Source: Methyloceanibacter caenitepidi (GTDB taxonomy: Bacteria; Pseudomonadota; Alphaproteobacteria; Rhizobiales; Methyloligellaceae). Taken from it: a stretch of 40,000 bases of DNA. The notes below the pieces were generated by a model. It made no database searches. It saw nothing but the letters and a program-made list of their open reading frames with translations, and was not told the DNA's origin. Shown here piece by piece: positions 9,244-17,845 of this stretch. Position 1 is the first letter of the stretch, and each line of letters begins with the position of its first letter. The stretch lies in the NCBI RefSeq assembly GCF_000828475.1, contig NZ_AP014648.1, positions 1,955,400-1,995,399 of the forward strand. Reading direction: 5' to 3'. The translations under genes were made by a program, and so were the position numbers.

Positions 9244-10050
9244 TTAAGACCTCGGCCCGTTAGTATTCATCCGCGGTGCGGACATCAGCGACGCCGATGC
9301 CGGTGACAGGGCGGCGAGAGCCGGCAGGTCCCGGACGAATACGGTATGGCGGTCCGGCTGGGACAACAGGCCTTCGCTGCGCAGCCGCGACATGATCCGC
9401 GACAGCGTATCGGCATTGAGCCCGAGATACTCGGCCACCTCGCTGCGGCTCAGCGGCAGCTCGAAGACGACGCGCCCCTCGGAAGCCGGAACCCCGATTT
9501 GGGTCGCAAGCTCGATCAGAAACGCGACCAGCCGCTGCGTGCTGTCGAGTTGGCCCACTGCCGCGAGATGAATGGCCTGGCGTGCCGATTGGCGGGCGAC
9601 GGCCATGTCGAAATAAGCGCGCGCATCTGCATTCGCCTCCAACAGCCTCGCGAAGGCGTCATAGCGGTACCGCAGCACCTCTCCGGCGGTCAGCGCGACC
9701 AGATCGGCTCCCGGTCCCGGCGGGGCGAAAGCCGAGCGGAACACGTCGCCGGGATAGAGTAGGGTGATCCCCTGACGAAGATTGTCCGCAACGGTTAACC
9801 GGAACAGCAAAGTCGCCATACGGACGACGAAAACGGTTTCCTCGCCGCCGAGCGTAAGCGGGAGTGCTTGTCCGGGCCTCGTCTGGACGAGTGTGCCGTG
9901 CTCGGCAAGCTCGGCCGGCAGCGTCGCCTGCCAGTCCGCGCTGGGCCCGGCGTCTGCCGGCGAGAGAGGGGCGGCCATTATCAAGCTGTCTGTTGTCACA
10001 TGAGTACCCTGCGCGGCAGTGCGGACACTGCCCGTTGTCGATCCACTCAT
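9244..10050 (-). CDS. Crp/Fnr-family transcriptional regulator (Cys-free; start may be the ATG at 9978)
   Basis: cNMP-binding beta-roll (LLYPGDVF) and a C-terminal HTH, LSRSEVAEYLGLNADTLSRIMSRLRSEGLL, aligned to the FNR/FixK E--SR recognition helix (here D--SR). Confidence 0.85.
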   Translation of the reverse strand: MSGSTTGSVRTAAQGTHVTTDSLIMAAPLSPADAGPSADWQATLPAELAEHGTLVQTRPGQALPLTLGGEETVFVVRMATLLFRLTVADNLRQGITLLYPGDVFRSAFAPPGPGADLVALTAGEVLRYRYDAFARLLEANADARAYFDMAVARQSARQAIHLAAVGQLDSTQRLVAFLIELATQIGVPASEGRVVFELPLSRSEVAEYLGLNADTLSRIMSRLRSEGLLSQPDRHTVFVRDLPALAALSPASASLMSAPRMNTNGPRS

Positions 10051-10073
10051 GACAAGAACGCGCGAATCGGACC

Positions 10074-10087
10074 TTGACGCCGATCAA
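10074..10087. promoter_or_regulatory. FNR/FixK-type box TTGAC-N4-ATCAA (box 1)
   Basis: TTGACGCCGATCAA matches TTGA-N6-TCAA exactly and TTGAT-N4-ATCAA in 9 of 10 positions. Lies 24 nt upstream of the longest Crp/Fnr ORF start. Confidence 0.6.
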
Positions 10088-10139
10088 GCCCCAGGCCCGA
10101 GAAAGGCACGGAGCCCGCGCATCAGTCACGTGCAACGTC

Positions 10140-10153
10140 TTGACTAGGATCAA
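10140..10153. promoter_or_regulatory. FNR/FixK-type box TTGAC-N4-ATCAA (box 2)
   Basis: TTGACTAGGATCAA has the same half-sites as box 1. The centres are 66 bp apart, and this box centre is about 175 nt upstream of the ompW ATG. Confidence 0.6.
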
Positions 10154-10321
10154 GAAAAACTGTGTCGCGGCTGCAACAGATGCCTCGCGAGCCGACAATC
10201 GCTGACCTTGGTCAGGCAAGAGGTGTGATCCATCCTGGCGTGTCTTCGGTAACCGTCACATGAAAAGAGGGAACAAACGTTAGGGGGCCGTAAGCGGCCC
10301 CCACAATGACTGGGGGACGTT

Positions 10322-11038
10322 ATGAAGAAGATCCTGAGCACGCTGGCGGCTGGTCTCGCCCTTGCTGTGTCGTTCAGCGCCGCGCCGCATCAGGCAATGG
10401 CCGGCGACAATCACGGCGACATCATGATCCGCGGTGTGGTGACCGGCGTGCTGCCGGATACGGATGCCACCGTGAAATTGAATGGCTCGCGCATCCCGGG
10501 TGCGGGCGCCGACGTGAGCGACGAAGTCATCCCGGCGATGACCATTTCCTACTTCTTCACCGACAACATCGCCGTCGAGCTGTTCTGCTGCTTCGCGAAG
10601 CACAGCATTGACGCGACCGGCAGCATCGCCGCGCTGGGTGAGATCGGTGACACCTGGATCTTTCCGCCGGCCCTCACGGCTCAGTACCACTTCAACCCCG
10701 ACGGCACCTTCAAGCCGTATGTCGGCGTTGGTATGCAGTACATCGCCTTCTTCGACGAGGACAGCAAGCTTGGCCCCGGCACCAGCCTCGGCATCGACGA
10801 TGGCCTCGGTTTCACGCTTCAGGCCGGTCTGGACGTCGCCGTCGGAAACGGCTGGTACCTCAACGCCGATGTCAAAAAGACCTGGCTCAACACGAACGCC
10901 CGGTGGGGCGGCACGGGCGTCACGGCCGATGTCGACCTCGATCCGCTGATCGTTTCCGCCGGTTTCGGCTACCGCTTCAATCTGAGCGATATCCTGGGCG
11001 GCCACGGCAGCACGACCGCCTACCAAGACCTGAAATAG
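10322..11038 (+). CDS. ompW: OmpW-family outer-membrane beta-barrel protein
   Basis: 238 aa. Signal peptide MKKILSTLAAGLALAVSFSAAPHQAMA, alternating amphipathic beta strands, and OmpW-like motifs (ISYFFTDNIAVEL, PYVGVGMQY, terminal GFGYRF). Confidence 0.85.
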   Translation: MKKILSTLAAGLALAVSFSAAPHQAMAGDNHGDIMIRGVVTGVLPDTDATVKLNGSRIPGAGADVSDEVIPAMTISYFFTDNIAVELFCCFAKHSIDATGSIAALGEIGDTWIFPPALTAQYHFNPDGTFKPYVGVGMQYIAFFDEDSKLGPGTSLGIDDGLGFTLQAGLDVAVGNGWYLNADVKKTWLNTNARWGGTGVTADVDLDPLIVSAGFGYRFNLSDILGGHGSTTAYQDLK

Positions 11039-11067
11039 TCTGACACATCGGCAATAGCTGGATTTTG

Positions 11068-11095
11068 GGCCCGGTGGGGACACCGGGCCTTTTTT
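11068..11095 (+). terminator. Rho-independent terminator after ompW
   Basis: 9-bp GC stem (GGCCCGGTG / CACCGGGCC), GGGA loop, then a T6 run. Confidence 0.8.
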
Positions 11096-11225
11096 GCGTC
11101 CGCTCCCCAGATCACGCTGCGCCCTTGCCGACACGCCCCCGGCACGGCTAGAAGGGGCCGCATGGGGTCACGGCGCCCCCCAGCCCCAACGAAAGCTGCG
11201 CACGGACAAGAGGAGCGCGAACGTC

Positions 11226-11720
11226 ATGCGCATCGGTCTTTATCCCGGGAGTTTCGATCCCGTCACCATGGGGCACGTGGATATCGTCCGCCGCGCGGCG
11301 CGGCTCATCGACCGGATGGTGATCGCCATCGGCGCGCATCACAGCAAGGGGCCCTTTTTCACGGAAGAGGAACGCGTGGCGCTTGCCAGCGAGTCTCTCA
11401 GCCCGGTCGCCGGCGACCTTGGCATCGAGCTCGAAGTCATGGTCTATGACGGCCTGACGGTGGAGGCGGCCAGAAGCGTCGGTGCCACCGTTGTGTTTCG
11501 CGGTCTGCGCGATGCGGGCGACTTCGACTATGAAATGCAGATGGCGGGGATGAATGCGGCCCTTGCGCCGGAGATCGAAACCGTCTTCCTTGCCGCATCG
11601 CCGGGGACACGCCATATCGCGGCCAGTCTCGTCCGTCAGATTGCCGCAATGGGCGGCGATGTCTCACCTTTCGTACCGGAGCCGGTCAATTTGGCCCTAG
11701 CGCGCAAGCTTGCACCCTAA
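11226..11720 (+). CDS. coaD: Phosphopantetheine adenylyltransferase
   Basis: MRIGLYPGSFDPVTMGHVDIVRRA (nucleotidyltransferase T/HxGH motif) and a length of about 164 aa. GAGGAG SD precedes the ATG at 11226. The ORF-track start at 11094 is over-extended. Confidence 0.93.
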   Translation: MRIGLYPGSFDPVTMGHVDIVRRAARLIDRMVIAIGAHHSKGPFFTEEERVALASESLSPVAGDLGIELEVMVYDGLTVEAARSVGATVVFRGLRDAGDFDYEMQMAGMNAALAPEIETVFLAASPGTRHIAASLVRQIAAMGGDVSPFVPEPVNLALARKLAP

Positions 11721-11750
11721 TCTTTAGAGACCAATAAACGAGGAAACCCC

Positions 11751-12395
11751 ATGACCACCAGGACCGTCGTCCTCTTCGCGGCAACCCTGCTGATTTCTGC
11801 CACAATGGCTGAGGCCCCATCATCGGCGGCAAGTCTCGGTGACCCCGCATCGCTGAACGCGCGTGCGCCAGACAGCTACAAGGCGAAGTTCGTGACCTCC
11901 AAGGGCACCTTCGTCATTCAGGTGAACCGCGATTGGGCGCCGCACGGCGCGGACCGCTTCTACAACCTGGTGAAGGCCGGCTTCTACAATGACGCGCGCT
12001 TCTTCCGCGTCATCGACGGCTTCATGGTCCAGTTCGGCATCAGCGGAAACCCCGACGTCTCCGCCGCCTGGAGCAACGCGAACATCCCCGACGATCCGGT
12101 CCGCGAATCCAACGCGCGCGGTACGGTCACGTTCGCCACGGCCGGGCCGAACACGCGCACCACCCAGGTCTTCATCAATTTCAACAATAACGCCGGGCTG
12201 AACAGTCAGGGCTTTGCGCCGTTCGGAAAAGTGATCTCCGGCATGGACGTGGTCGATTCGCTCTACAAGGGCTACGGCGAGGGTGCCCCGCGCGGCAACG
12301 GTCCCAACCAGGCGCTGATCAAGGCGCAAGGGAACGCCTATCTCGTCACGCAGTTTCCCAAGCTGGACTACATCCAGAAAGCGACCATCGAGTAG
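11751..12395 (+). CDS. ppiA: Cyclophilin-type peptidyl-prolyl cis-trans isomerase, periplasmic (signal peptide)
   Basis: Signal peptide MTTRTVVLFAATLLISATMA followed by a cyclophilin core (FFRVIDGFMVQFG, ARGTVTFATAGPNTRTTQVFIN). Confidence 0.9.
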   Translation: MTTRTVVLFAATLLISATMAEAPSSAASLGDPASLNARAPDSYKAKFVTSKGTFVIQVNRDWAPHGADRFYNLVKAGFYNDARFFRVIDGFMVQFGISGNPDVSAAWSNANIPDDPVRESNARGTVTFATAGPNTRTTQVFINFNNNAGLNSQGFAPFGKVISGMDVVDSLYKGYGEGAPRGNGPNQALIKAQGNAYLVTQFPKLDYIQKATIE

Positions 12396-12444
12396 ACGGT
12401 CCGGCCCCCCGAAGCCAAACGACAAACATGAAGGAGCCCGACAC

Positions 12445-12912
12445 GTGGCCAATCCCGAAGACACACTCATCATCGAAACGAGCAAAGGCAATGTCGTGGT
12501 CGAAATGCGCCCCGACCTTGCGCCCAATCACGTCGCTCGCATCAAGGAACTCGCCCGCCAGGGATTCTACGACGGCGTCCCGTTTCATCGGGTGATCGAA
12601 GGCTTTATGGCCCAGACCGGCGATCCGACCGGAACCGGCGCAGGCGGTTCGGGTCAGAAGCTCGCAGCCGAGTTCAACGCCGAACCCCATACCCGTGGCG
12701 CGGTGTCGATGGCGCGGGCACAGTCGCCGGATTCGGCGGACAGCCAGTTCTTCATCTGCTTCGACGACGCCACCTTCCTCGACCGGAAATACACGGTCTG
12801 GGGCCGGGTGATCGAAGGCATGGAGAACGTCGATCAGATCAACCGGGGCGAGCCGCCGGCAAGCCCGGACAAGATCGTGTCGGCCAAGATCGCCGCTGAC
12901 GCCACCGGATGA
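12445..12912 (+). CDS. ppiB: Cyclophilin-type peptidyl-prolyl cis-trans isomerase, cytoplasmic
   Basis: 155 aa. Motifs FHRVIEGFMAQTGDPTGTG and SQFFICF. GTG start with AAGGAG 8 nt upstream. Confidence 0.9.
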   Translation: MANPEDTLIIETSKGNVVVEMRPDLAPNHVARIKELARQGFYDGVPFHRVIEGFMAQTGDPTGTGAGGSGQKLAAEFNAEPHTRGAVSMARAQSPDSADSQFFICFDDATFLDRKYTVWGRVIEGMENVDQINRGEPPASPDKIVSAKIAADATG

Positions 12913-12950
12913 CCGGCGGGCGAAACGGCAAGCCCAAGGAGCGCGCGGCG

Positions 12951-13406
12951 ATGTCCGGTACTGCAATGTTGCTGACGCTGGTGGCCCTGGCCACCGGCGC
13001 CATGATCGCCATGCAAGCGCCGATCAACGCGGAGCTTGCCGCACGCCTCGGGCATCCGCTCTCGGCCGCGCTGTGGTCTTTTTGCGTCGGCACCGTGGCC
13101 CTCGCCGTGGTCGTGTTGCTCTTCGCGCGCGGGAGCACGGATCTTAGCGCGCTGCGGTCCATGCCGCTGTATATGTTGATCGGCGGCGGGTTGCTTGGCG
13201 CCGTCTATGTGCTGGTCAACTTGGTTTTGGCGCCGAAAATTGGCGTTGCCGCGTTGATGGCTCTTGCCATTGCGGGACAACTGGCCGCCGCGCTTCTCCT
13301 CGACCGGTTCGGTCTTTTCGATCTTGCTCAACGGGAACTCAGCGTTGGGCGCGTGTCGGGCGTGGTGCTGGTGCTGGTCGGCGCGCTTATGGTTCGAATG
13401 CTCTAG
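12951..13406 (+). CDS. DUF606/YdcZ-like DMT-superfamily small membrane transporter
   Basis: About 151 aa with 4-5 TM helices. AAGGAG lies 9 nt upstream of the ATG at 12951. The alternative ATG at 12909 overlaps the ppiB stop (ATGA). Confidence 0.7.
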   Translation: MSGTAMLLTLVALATGAMIAMQAPINAELAARLGHPLSAALWSFCVGTVALAVVVLLFARGSTDLSALRSMPLYMLIGGGLLGAVYVLVNLVLAPKIGVAALMALAIAGQLAAALLLDRFGLFDLAQRELSVGRVSGVVLVLVGALMVRML

Positions 13407-13422
13407 CCCCGACGGGGAGTCC

Positions 13423-14508
13423 TTGCGAACAGACCTTTTCGATTTTGAACTACCCGATGGACTGATCGCGCTGCGCCCGGTGCATCCGCGCGACGCCGCG
13501 CGACTTCTCGTCGTTCACCCGGGCGATCCCGACGTCCTGGCCGACAAGGTCATGGCGGAGTTGCCGTTGTTGCTCGAGCCGGGCGATGCGCTCGTCTTCA
13601 ACGACACGCGCGTGATACCGGCGGCGCTGCAGGGTGTGCGGACGCGCGGCTATGCGACCGCCCAGATTTCCGCGAACTTGATCGAGAAGCTGGACGATCA
13701 CCGCTGGAACGCGCTGGCGAAGCCGGGCAAGCGGCTGGAGCCCGGCGACCGCATCCAGTTCGGCAAGGACAACGATGCCTGTGCCCTCGGCAGCCTTACC
13801 GCCACGGTCGAGGCCAAAGGGGAGGACGGTCTGGTCACGCTGGCGTTCGATCTGAGCGGACCCGCGCTCCACGATGCGATCGAGGCGGAAGGGGCCATGC
13901 CGCTGCCGCCCTATATCGCCGCGCGGCGCGCGCCGGACGACCAGGACCGTACGGATTATCAAACGACGTTCGCGCGCGAAGAGGGGGCGGTGGCCGCGCC
14001 CACGGCGGGACTGCACTTCACGCCGAAATTGCTCCAAACGCTCGAGGAACTCGGTGTCGTGATCTATTTCGTGACGCTGCATGTGGGGGCGGGCACGTTC
14101 CTGCCTGTCCGCGCCGAGGATACGGACGACCACCACATGCATGCGGAGTACGGCGAGGTATCGACGGAAACGGCGTTCGCCTTGAATGCGGTCAAGTCGC
14201 GCGGCAACAGGATCGTGGCCGTCGGGACGACGAGTTTGCGGCTGCTCGAAGCCGCCTCCGACGAGTTTGGCACGCTGAAGCCGTTCCACGGCGAGACGGA
14301 CATATTCATCGTGCCCGGCTATCGCCTGCGCTTCGTGGACCGCCTCTTGACCAATTTCCATTTGCCGAAATCGACGCTGTTCATGCTCGTCAGCGCCTTC
14401 AGCGGGCTCGAGACGATGAAGCGGGCGTATGAGCACGCGATCGCCGAAGGATATCGCTTCTATTCCTACGGCGATGCGTGTCTGCTGACCCCGAAAGACC
14501 AGGCGTGA
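13423..14508 (+). CDS. queA: S-adenosylmethionine:tRNA ribosyltransferase-isomerase
   Basis: [19 protein letters not shown] is a typical QueA N-terminus. Also TAGLHFT and GTTSLRLLE motifs. TTG start at 13423 with GGGGAG SD. The ORF-track start at 13264 lies inside the previous gene. Confidence 0.92.
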   Translation: MRTDLFDFELPDGLIALRPVHPRDAARLLVVHPGDPDVLADKVMAELPLLLEPGDALVFNDTRVIPAALQGVRTRGYATAQISANLIEKLDDHRWNALAKPGKRLEPGDRIQFGKDNDACALGSLTATVEAKGEDGLVTLAFDLSGPALHDAIEAEGAMPLPPYIAARRAPDDQDRTDYQTTFAREEGAVAAPTAGLHFTPKLLQTLEELGVVIYFVTLHVGAGTFLPVRAEDTDDHHMHAEYGEVSTETAFALNAVKSRGNRIVAVGTTSLRLLEAASDEFGTLKPFHGETDIFIVPGYRLRFVDRLLTNFHLPKSTLFMLVSAFSGLETMKRAYEHAIAEGYRFYSYGDACLLTPKDQA

Positions 14509-15635
14509 CCGTCCCCTTTACGTTTGCGCTGAAGGCAACCGACGGGCGCGCCCGCACGGGCGTCATCCAGACTCAGCGCGGAGAGATCCGCACCCCGGCC
14601 TTCATGCCCGTCGGGACACAAGCCACGGTCAAAGCCATGTTCATCGAGGACGTGGCGGCTGCTGGCGCCGATATCATTTTGGGCAATACCTACCACCTAA
14701 TGCTGCGCCCCGGCGCGGAGCGCATCGCCAAGCTCGGCGGCCTCCACAGCTTCATGCACTGGGACAAGCCTATCCTGACCGACAGCGGCGGCTATCAGGT
14801 CATGTCCCTCGCGAAGCTCCGCAAGATCACCGAGGAGGGCGTCACCTTCAACTCGCACCTGGATGGAGCGCCGGTCTTCCTCACGCCGGAACGCGCCGTC
14901 GAAGTCCAGTGCCTGCTCGGAGCAGATATCCAGATGGCGCTCGACGAATGCACGCCGTTTCCCTGCAGCCGCGAGGAGGCGCGGGTGTCGCTCGACCTGT
15001 CGATGCGCTGGGCCGAGCGCTCGAAGGCCGCGTTCGAGACGATGAGCGCGCCGGGGCAGGCCCTGTTCGGGATCGTGCAGGGTAGCGTCTTTCCGGACAT
15101 GCGGGAGGACTCGGCGAAGACGCTCGTCGGCATCGGGTTCCCCGGCTACGCGGTCGGCGGCCTTGCCGTCGGCGAAGGTCAAGAGGCCATGTTCGACACG
15201 CTGGATGCGACGACCCCGTATTTGCCCGAAGACAAGCCGCGCTATCTCATGGGCGTCGGCACGCCGCTGGACATCCTCGGCGCGGTCGCCCGCGGCATCG
15301 ACATGTTTGACTGCGTGATGCCGACCCGGTCGGGCCGTCACGGCCAGGCCTTCACCTGGGGCGGACGTCTCAACTTGCGGAACGCACAGTATGCCGAGGA
15401 TCTGACCCCGCTCGATGCGGACAGTGCCTGTCCGGCTGCGCAGTACAGCCGCGCCTATCTGCACCACCTCGTGAAGGCAGGGGAGATGCTGGGCGCCATG
15501 CTTGTGAGCTACGCCAATATCCAGTTCTACCAAGAGCTCATGGCCGGCGCTCGCGCCGCCATCGCGAACGGCACGTTCGCAGCCTTCGCCGACGACATCC
15601 GCCGCCGCTACGCCAGGGCCGACGGAACGGACTAG
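14505..15635 (+). CDS. tgt: Queuine tRNA-ribosyltransferase (zinc-site motif degenerate, see findings)
   Basis: Motifs [25 protein letters not shown] and [12 protein letters not shown]. The GTG at 14505 overlaps the queA stop (GTGA). An alternative GTG is at 14478. Confidence 0.94.
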   Translation: MTVPFTFALKATDGRARTGVIQTQRGEIRTPAFMPVGTQATVKAMFIEDVAAAGADIILGNTYHLMLRPGAERIAKLGGLHSFMHWDKPILTDSGGYQVMSLAKLRKITEEGVTFNSHLDGAPVFLTPERAVEVQCLLGADIQMALDECTPFPCSREEARVSLDLSMRWAERSKAAFETMSAPGQALFGIVQGSVFPDMREDSAKTLVGIGFPGYAVGGLAVGEGQEAMFDTLDATTPYLPEDKPRYLMGVGTPLDILGAVARGIDMFDCVMPTRSGRHGQAFTWGGRLNLRNAQYAEDLTPLDADSACPAAQYSRAYLHHLVKAGEMLGAMLVSYANIQFYQELMAGARAAIANGTFAAFADDIRRRYARADGTD

Positions 15636-15638
15636 CCG

Positions 15639-16592
15639 TTATTGCGGCGGTTCGAATTCGGCGCCGGCGGAGCGCGCCGCGCCGCGCTTGCGTTCCCGTT
15701 CCTCGGCGATGCGTTCCCGCGCCAGGAGGTAGAGCCCGGCAAGGATGACGATCGCGGCGCCGGCGACGGTCCACCAGGTTGGGACATCGTCGAAAATGAC
15801 GAAGCCGAAAGCGGACATCCAAATGAGGCCGAGATAGATATACGGCGCCAGCACGTTCGCGGGCGCGAGCCGGTGCGCCAGGATGATGATCCAATGGCCG
15901 AGCCCGCCCCAGAATCCGAGCGATGCGAGCAGCAGCCAAACCCACCACTGATCCGGCCACTGCCAATACAGGAGGCCCGGCGGCGTCATGATCAGCACGC
16001 CCACGAGCGGCGTATAGGTCTGGGTGACCGCCGGCGGGTCGTAGGCCGCGAGGTAACGGGTCGCGATATTGAACAGCGCATAGCCGAACGTCGCGCCAAG
16101 CGTGAACAGCATCGCCCAGTGCACGTCGCCGATGCCCGGGTGCATCACCACCAGCACGCCGATAAACCCGGCGAAGATGGCGGAGGCGCGGTGCCACCCG
16201 ACCCACTCGCCAAGCAGGGGTCCGGACAGCGCGGCGACGAGGAGCGGCATCAGGAAGAAAATCGCGATGTTCTGATCGAGCTGGAGATACTTCAGCGCGA
16301 TGAAATTCAGCGCCGTCGTCAGGATCATCAGACAGGACCGGATGAACTGAATGCCGGGCTTTTCGGATCGTAACGACGGCCGCAGCGCGAAGGGCCAAAG
16401 GAACACGGCGCTGAACACGACGTGCCAGACAAAGCGCATCCAAACCACCTGCGCGACCGGGAGCTTCTGCGTGTCGGTCAGATATTTGGCGGTCGTGTCG
16501 AGTGCCGCGATGCACAGCGTGGCGAGCACCATGAGCCCGATCGCCTTGACCACTTGGTTCTGATAGGGATTTGAGACGAGTCGGGGCGCCAT
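15639..16592 (-). CDS. EamA/RhaT-family DMT transporter
   Basis: 317 aa with 10 predicted TM helices in two EamA-like halves. Convergent with tgt, with stops 3 nt apart. Confidence 0.85.
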   Translation of the reverse strand: MAPRLVSNPYQNQVVKAIGLMVLATLCIAALDTTAKYLTDTQKLPVAQVVWMRFVWHVVFSAVFLWPFALRPSLRSEKPGIQFIRSCLMILTTALNFIALKYLQLDQNIAIFFLMPLLVAALSGPLLGEWVGWHRASAIFAGFIGVLVVMHPGIGDVHWAMLFTLGATFGYALFNIATRYLAAYDPPAVTQTYTPLVGVLIMTPPGLLYWQWPDQWWVWLLLASLGFWGGLGHWIIILAHRLAPANVLAPYIYLGLIWMSAFGFVIFDDVPTWWTVAGAAIVILAGLYLLARERIAEERERKRGAARSAGAEFEPPQ

Positions 16593-16748
16593 GATGTTCC
16601 GTGCTTCCGCGCCTTCACCGTCGGCGCCGTGTTTCGATACGCTGTCCTGTTGCGGCGAGCTGTCTCGTCGACGACTTCTCTTGCACCATTCCTTGCCAAA
16701 GAGCTATCTGCCGATAAAACAAGTGGCCCGACCAGATGGAGGAACCAC

Positions 16749-17156
16749 GTGGCCGACATACGCGCGATCATTGCCATTGGACAGAGGGGTCAACTCGGCC
16801 TGAACGGCGTATTGCCTTGGGAGGGCAACAAAGACCGTGAGTATGTCGCCGATGTTGCCCGCTTCTTCGATGTGACGCGCGGTCACGTGGTCATCGCCGG
16901 TCCCACGACCATCTCCGCCTTCCCGGAGTACGCCTATAAGGACCGCACGATCGTCGAGATTCGCTCGATCCACCATCCGGAGGAGGTCTTCGGGTGGTTT
17001 CCGGACCGCGTGGTTTATGTGGGCGGCGGCCCGCCGGTTTGGGACGTGTATGCGCCCTATATCCGCCATTGGGACATCAACAGGCTCCCCTACGATGGTG
17101 AGGCCGACAGATGGTTCGACCCGGCCTGGCTGGTCGCAACCCCGGGCGACGCTTGA
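16749..17156 (+). CDS. Short dihydrofolate-reductase-like protein (~135 aa)
   Basis: IRAIIAIGQRGQLGLNGVLPW, HVVIAGPTT and VVYVGGGPPVW align to the DHFR beta-A/LPW, central and GGG motifs. GTG start with GGAGG 6 nt upstream. The ORF-track start at 16629 is probably over-extended. Confidence 0.65.
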   Translation: MADIRAIIAIGQRGQLGLNGVLPWEGNKDREYVADVARFFDVTRGHVVIAGPTTISAFPEYAYKDRTIVEIRSIHHPEEVFGWFPDRVVYVGGGPPVWDVYAPYIRHWDINRLPYDGEADRWFDPAWLVATPGDA

Positions 17157-17328
17157 GGCTTCCTGCGACACCGTGGCGGTCTGCCCAAAAAAGCCGCCTT
17201 TGGCCGATAATGGCCAGGGAGAGGGTTTTTGCGGGTTGGGGCGTCGTCCTACAATGAGCAACGGTGGGTAGGGCCGCATCATACGGGGCCGGACAGGTCT
17301 GAAAACAAATCAGATCGAGCCGGACATT

Positions 17329-17637
17329 GTGTTCGCGAGGGAGACGACGATCGCTGCCACGGAACCAGAGTTTACCGCCGAACAGATCGGTTGGCGCTTC
17401 ACGCTCGGCGCAGTCATTCTCGTCGGAGCCTATGTCGCGTGGCCGATCATCCCGTTGGTGATGGCGACGGACCTCGATGCCGGTCTCAAGGCGGGAATCT
17501 CTGGGGTCCTCGGCGCAACGCCCTTCATGTCGAAATTCGTCGCCATCGCCATCATGGGCCGGCCCGCCTACTACTTCCTGAAGCGCAAAGTCTATAAGCG
17601 CCTCCGCCGCCGCCTCGCGGACGCGCCGGCCGAGTAG
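17329..17637 (+). CDS. Small two-TM membrane protein (resembles 'transporter suffix domain' proteins)
   Basis: 102 aa with a GTG start, high GC3, two hydrophobic helices and a basic C-terminus (KRKVYKRLRRRL). Confidence 0.55.
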   Translation: MFARETTIAATEPEFTAEQIGWRFTLGAVILVGAYVAWPIIPLVMATDLDAGLKAGISGVLGATPFMSKFVAIAIMGRPAYYFLKRKVYKRLRRRLADAPAE

Positions 17638-17845
17638 GGCGCCTTCTGGTGCACGCGCCCAGCGCACCGACGCAAAGTTGATCCCCACAACGGTTGCAAG
17701 CACCCCGGAGATAATCGGGCTGTTTCGCCGTAAGGCCGGGAACTATTCGCAAAAGGAAGGTGATCCGTTCCGGGCGCATGTTCGTTTAGCGTGAGACTCC
17801 CGCAATGAGCGGGATCAAGAAGGCAAAGTCATGGGAGGAAATTCG

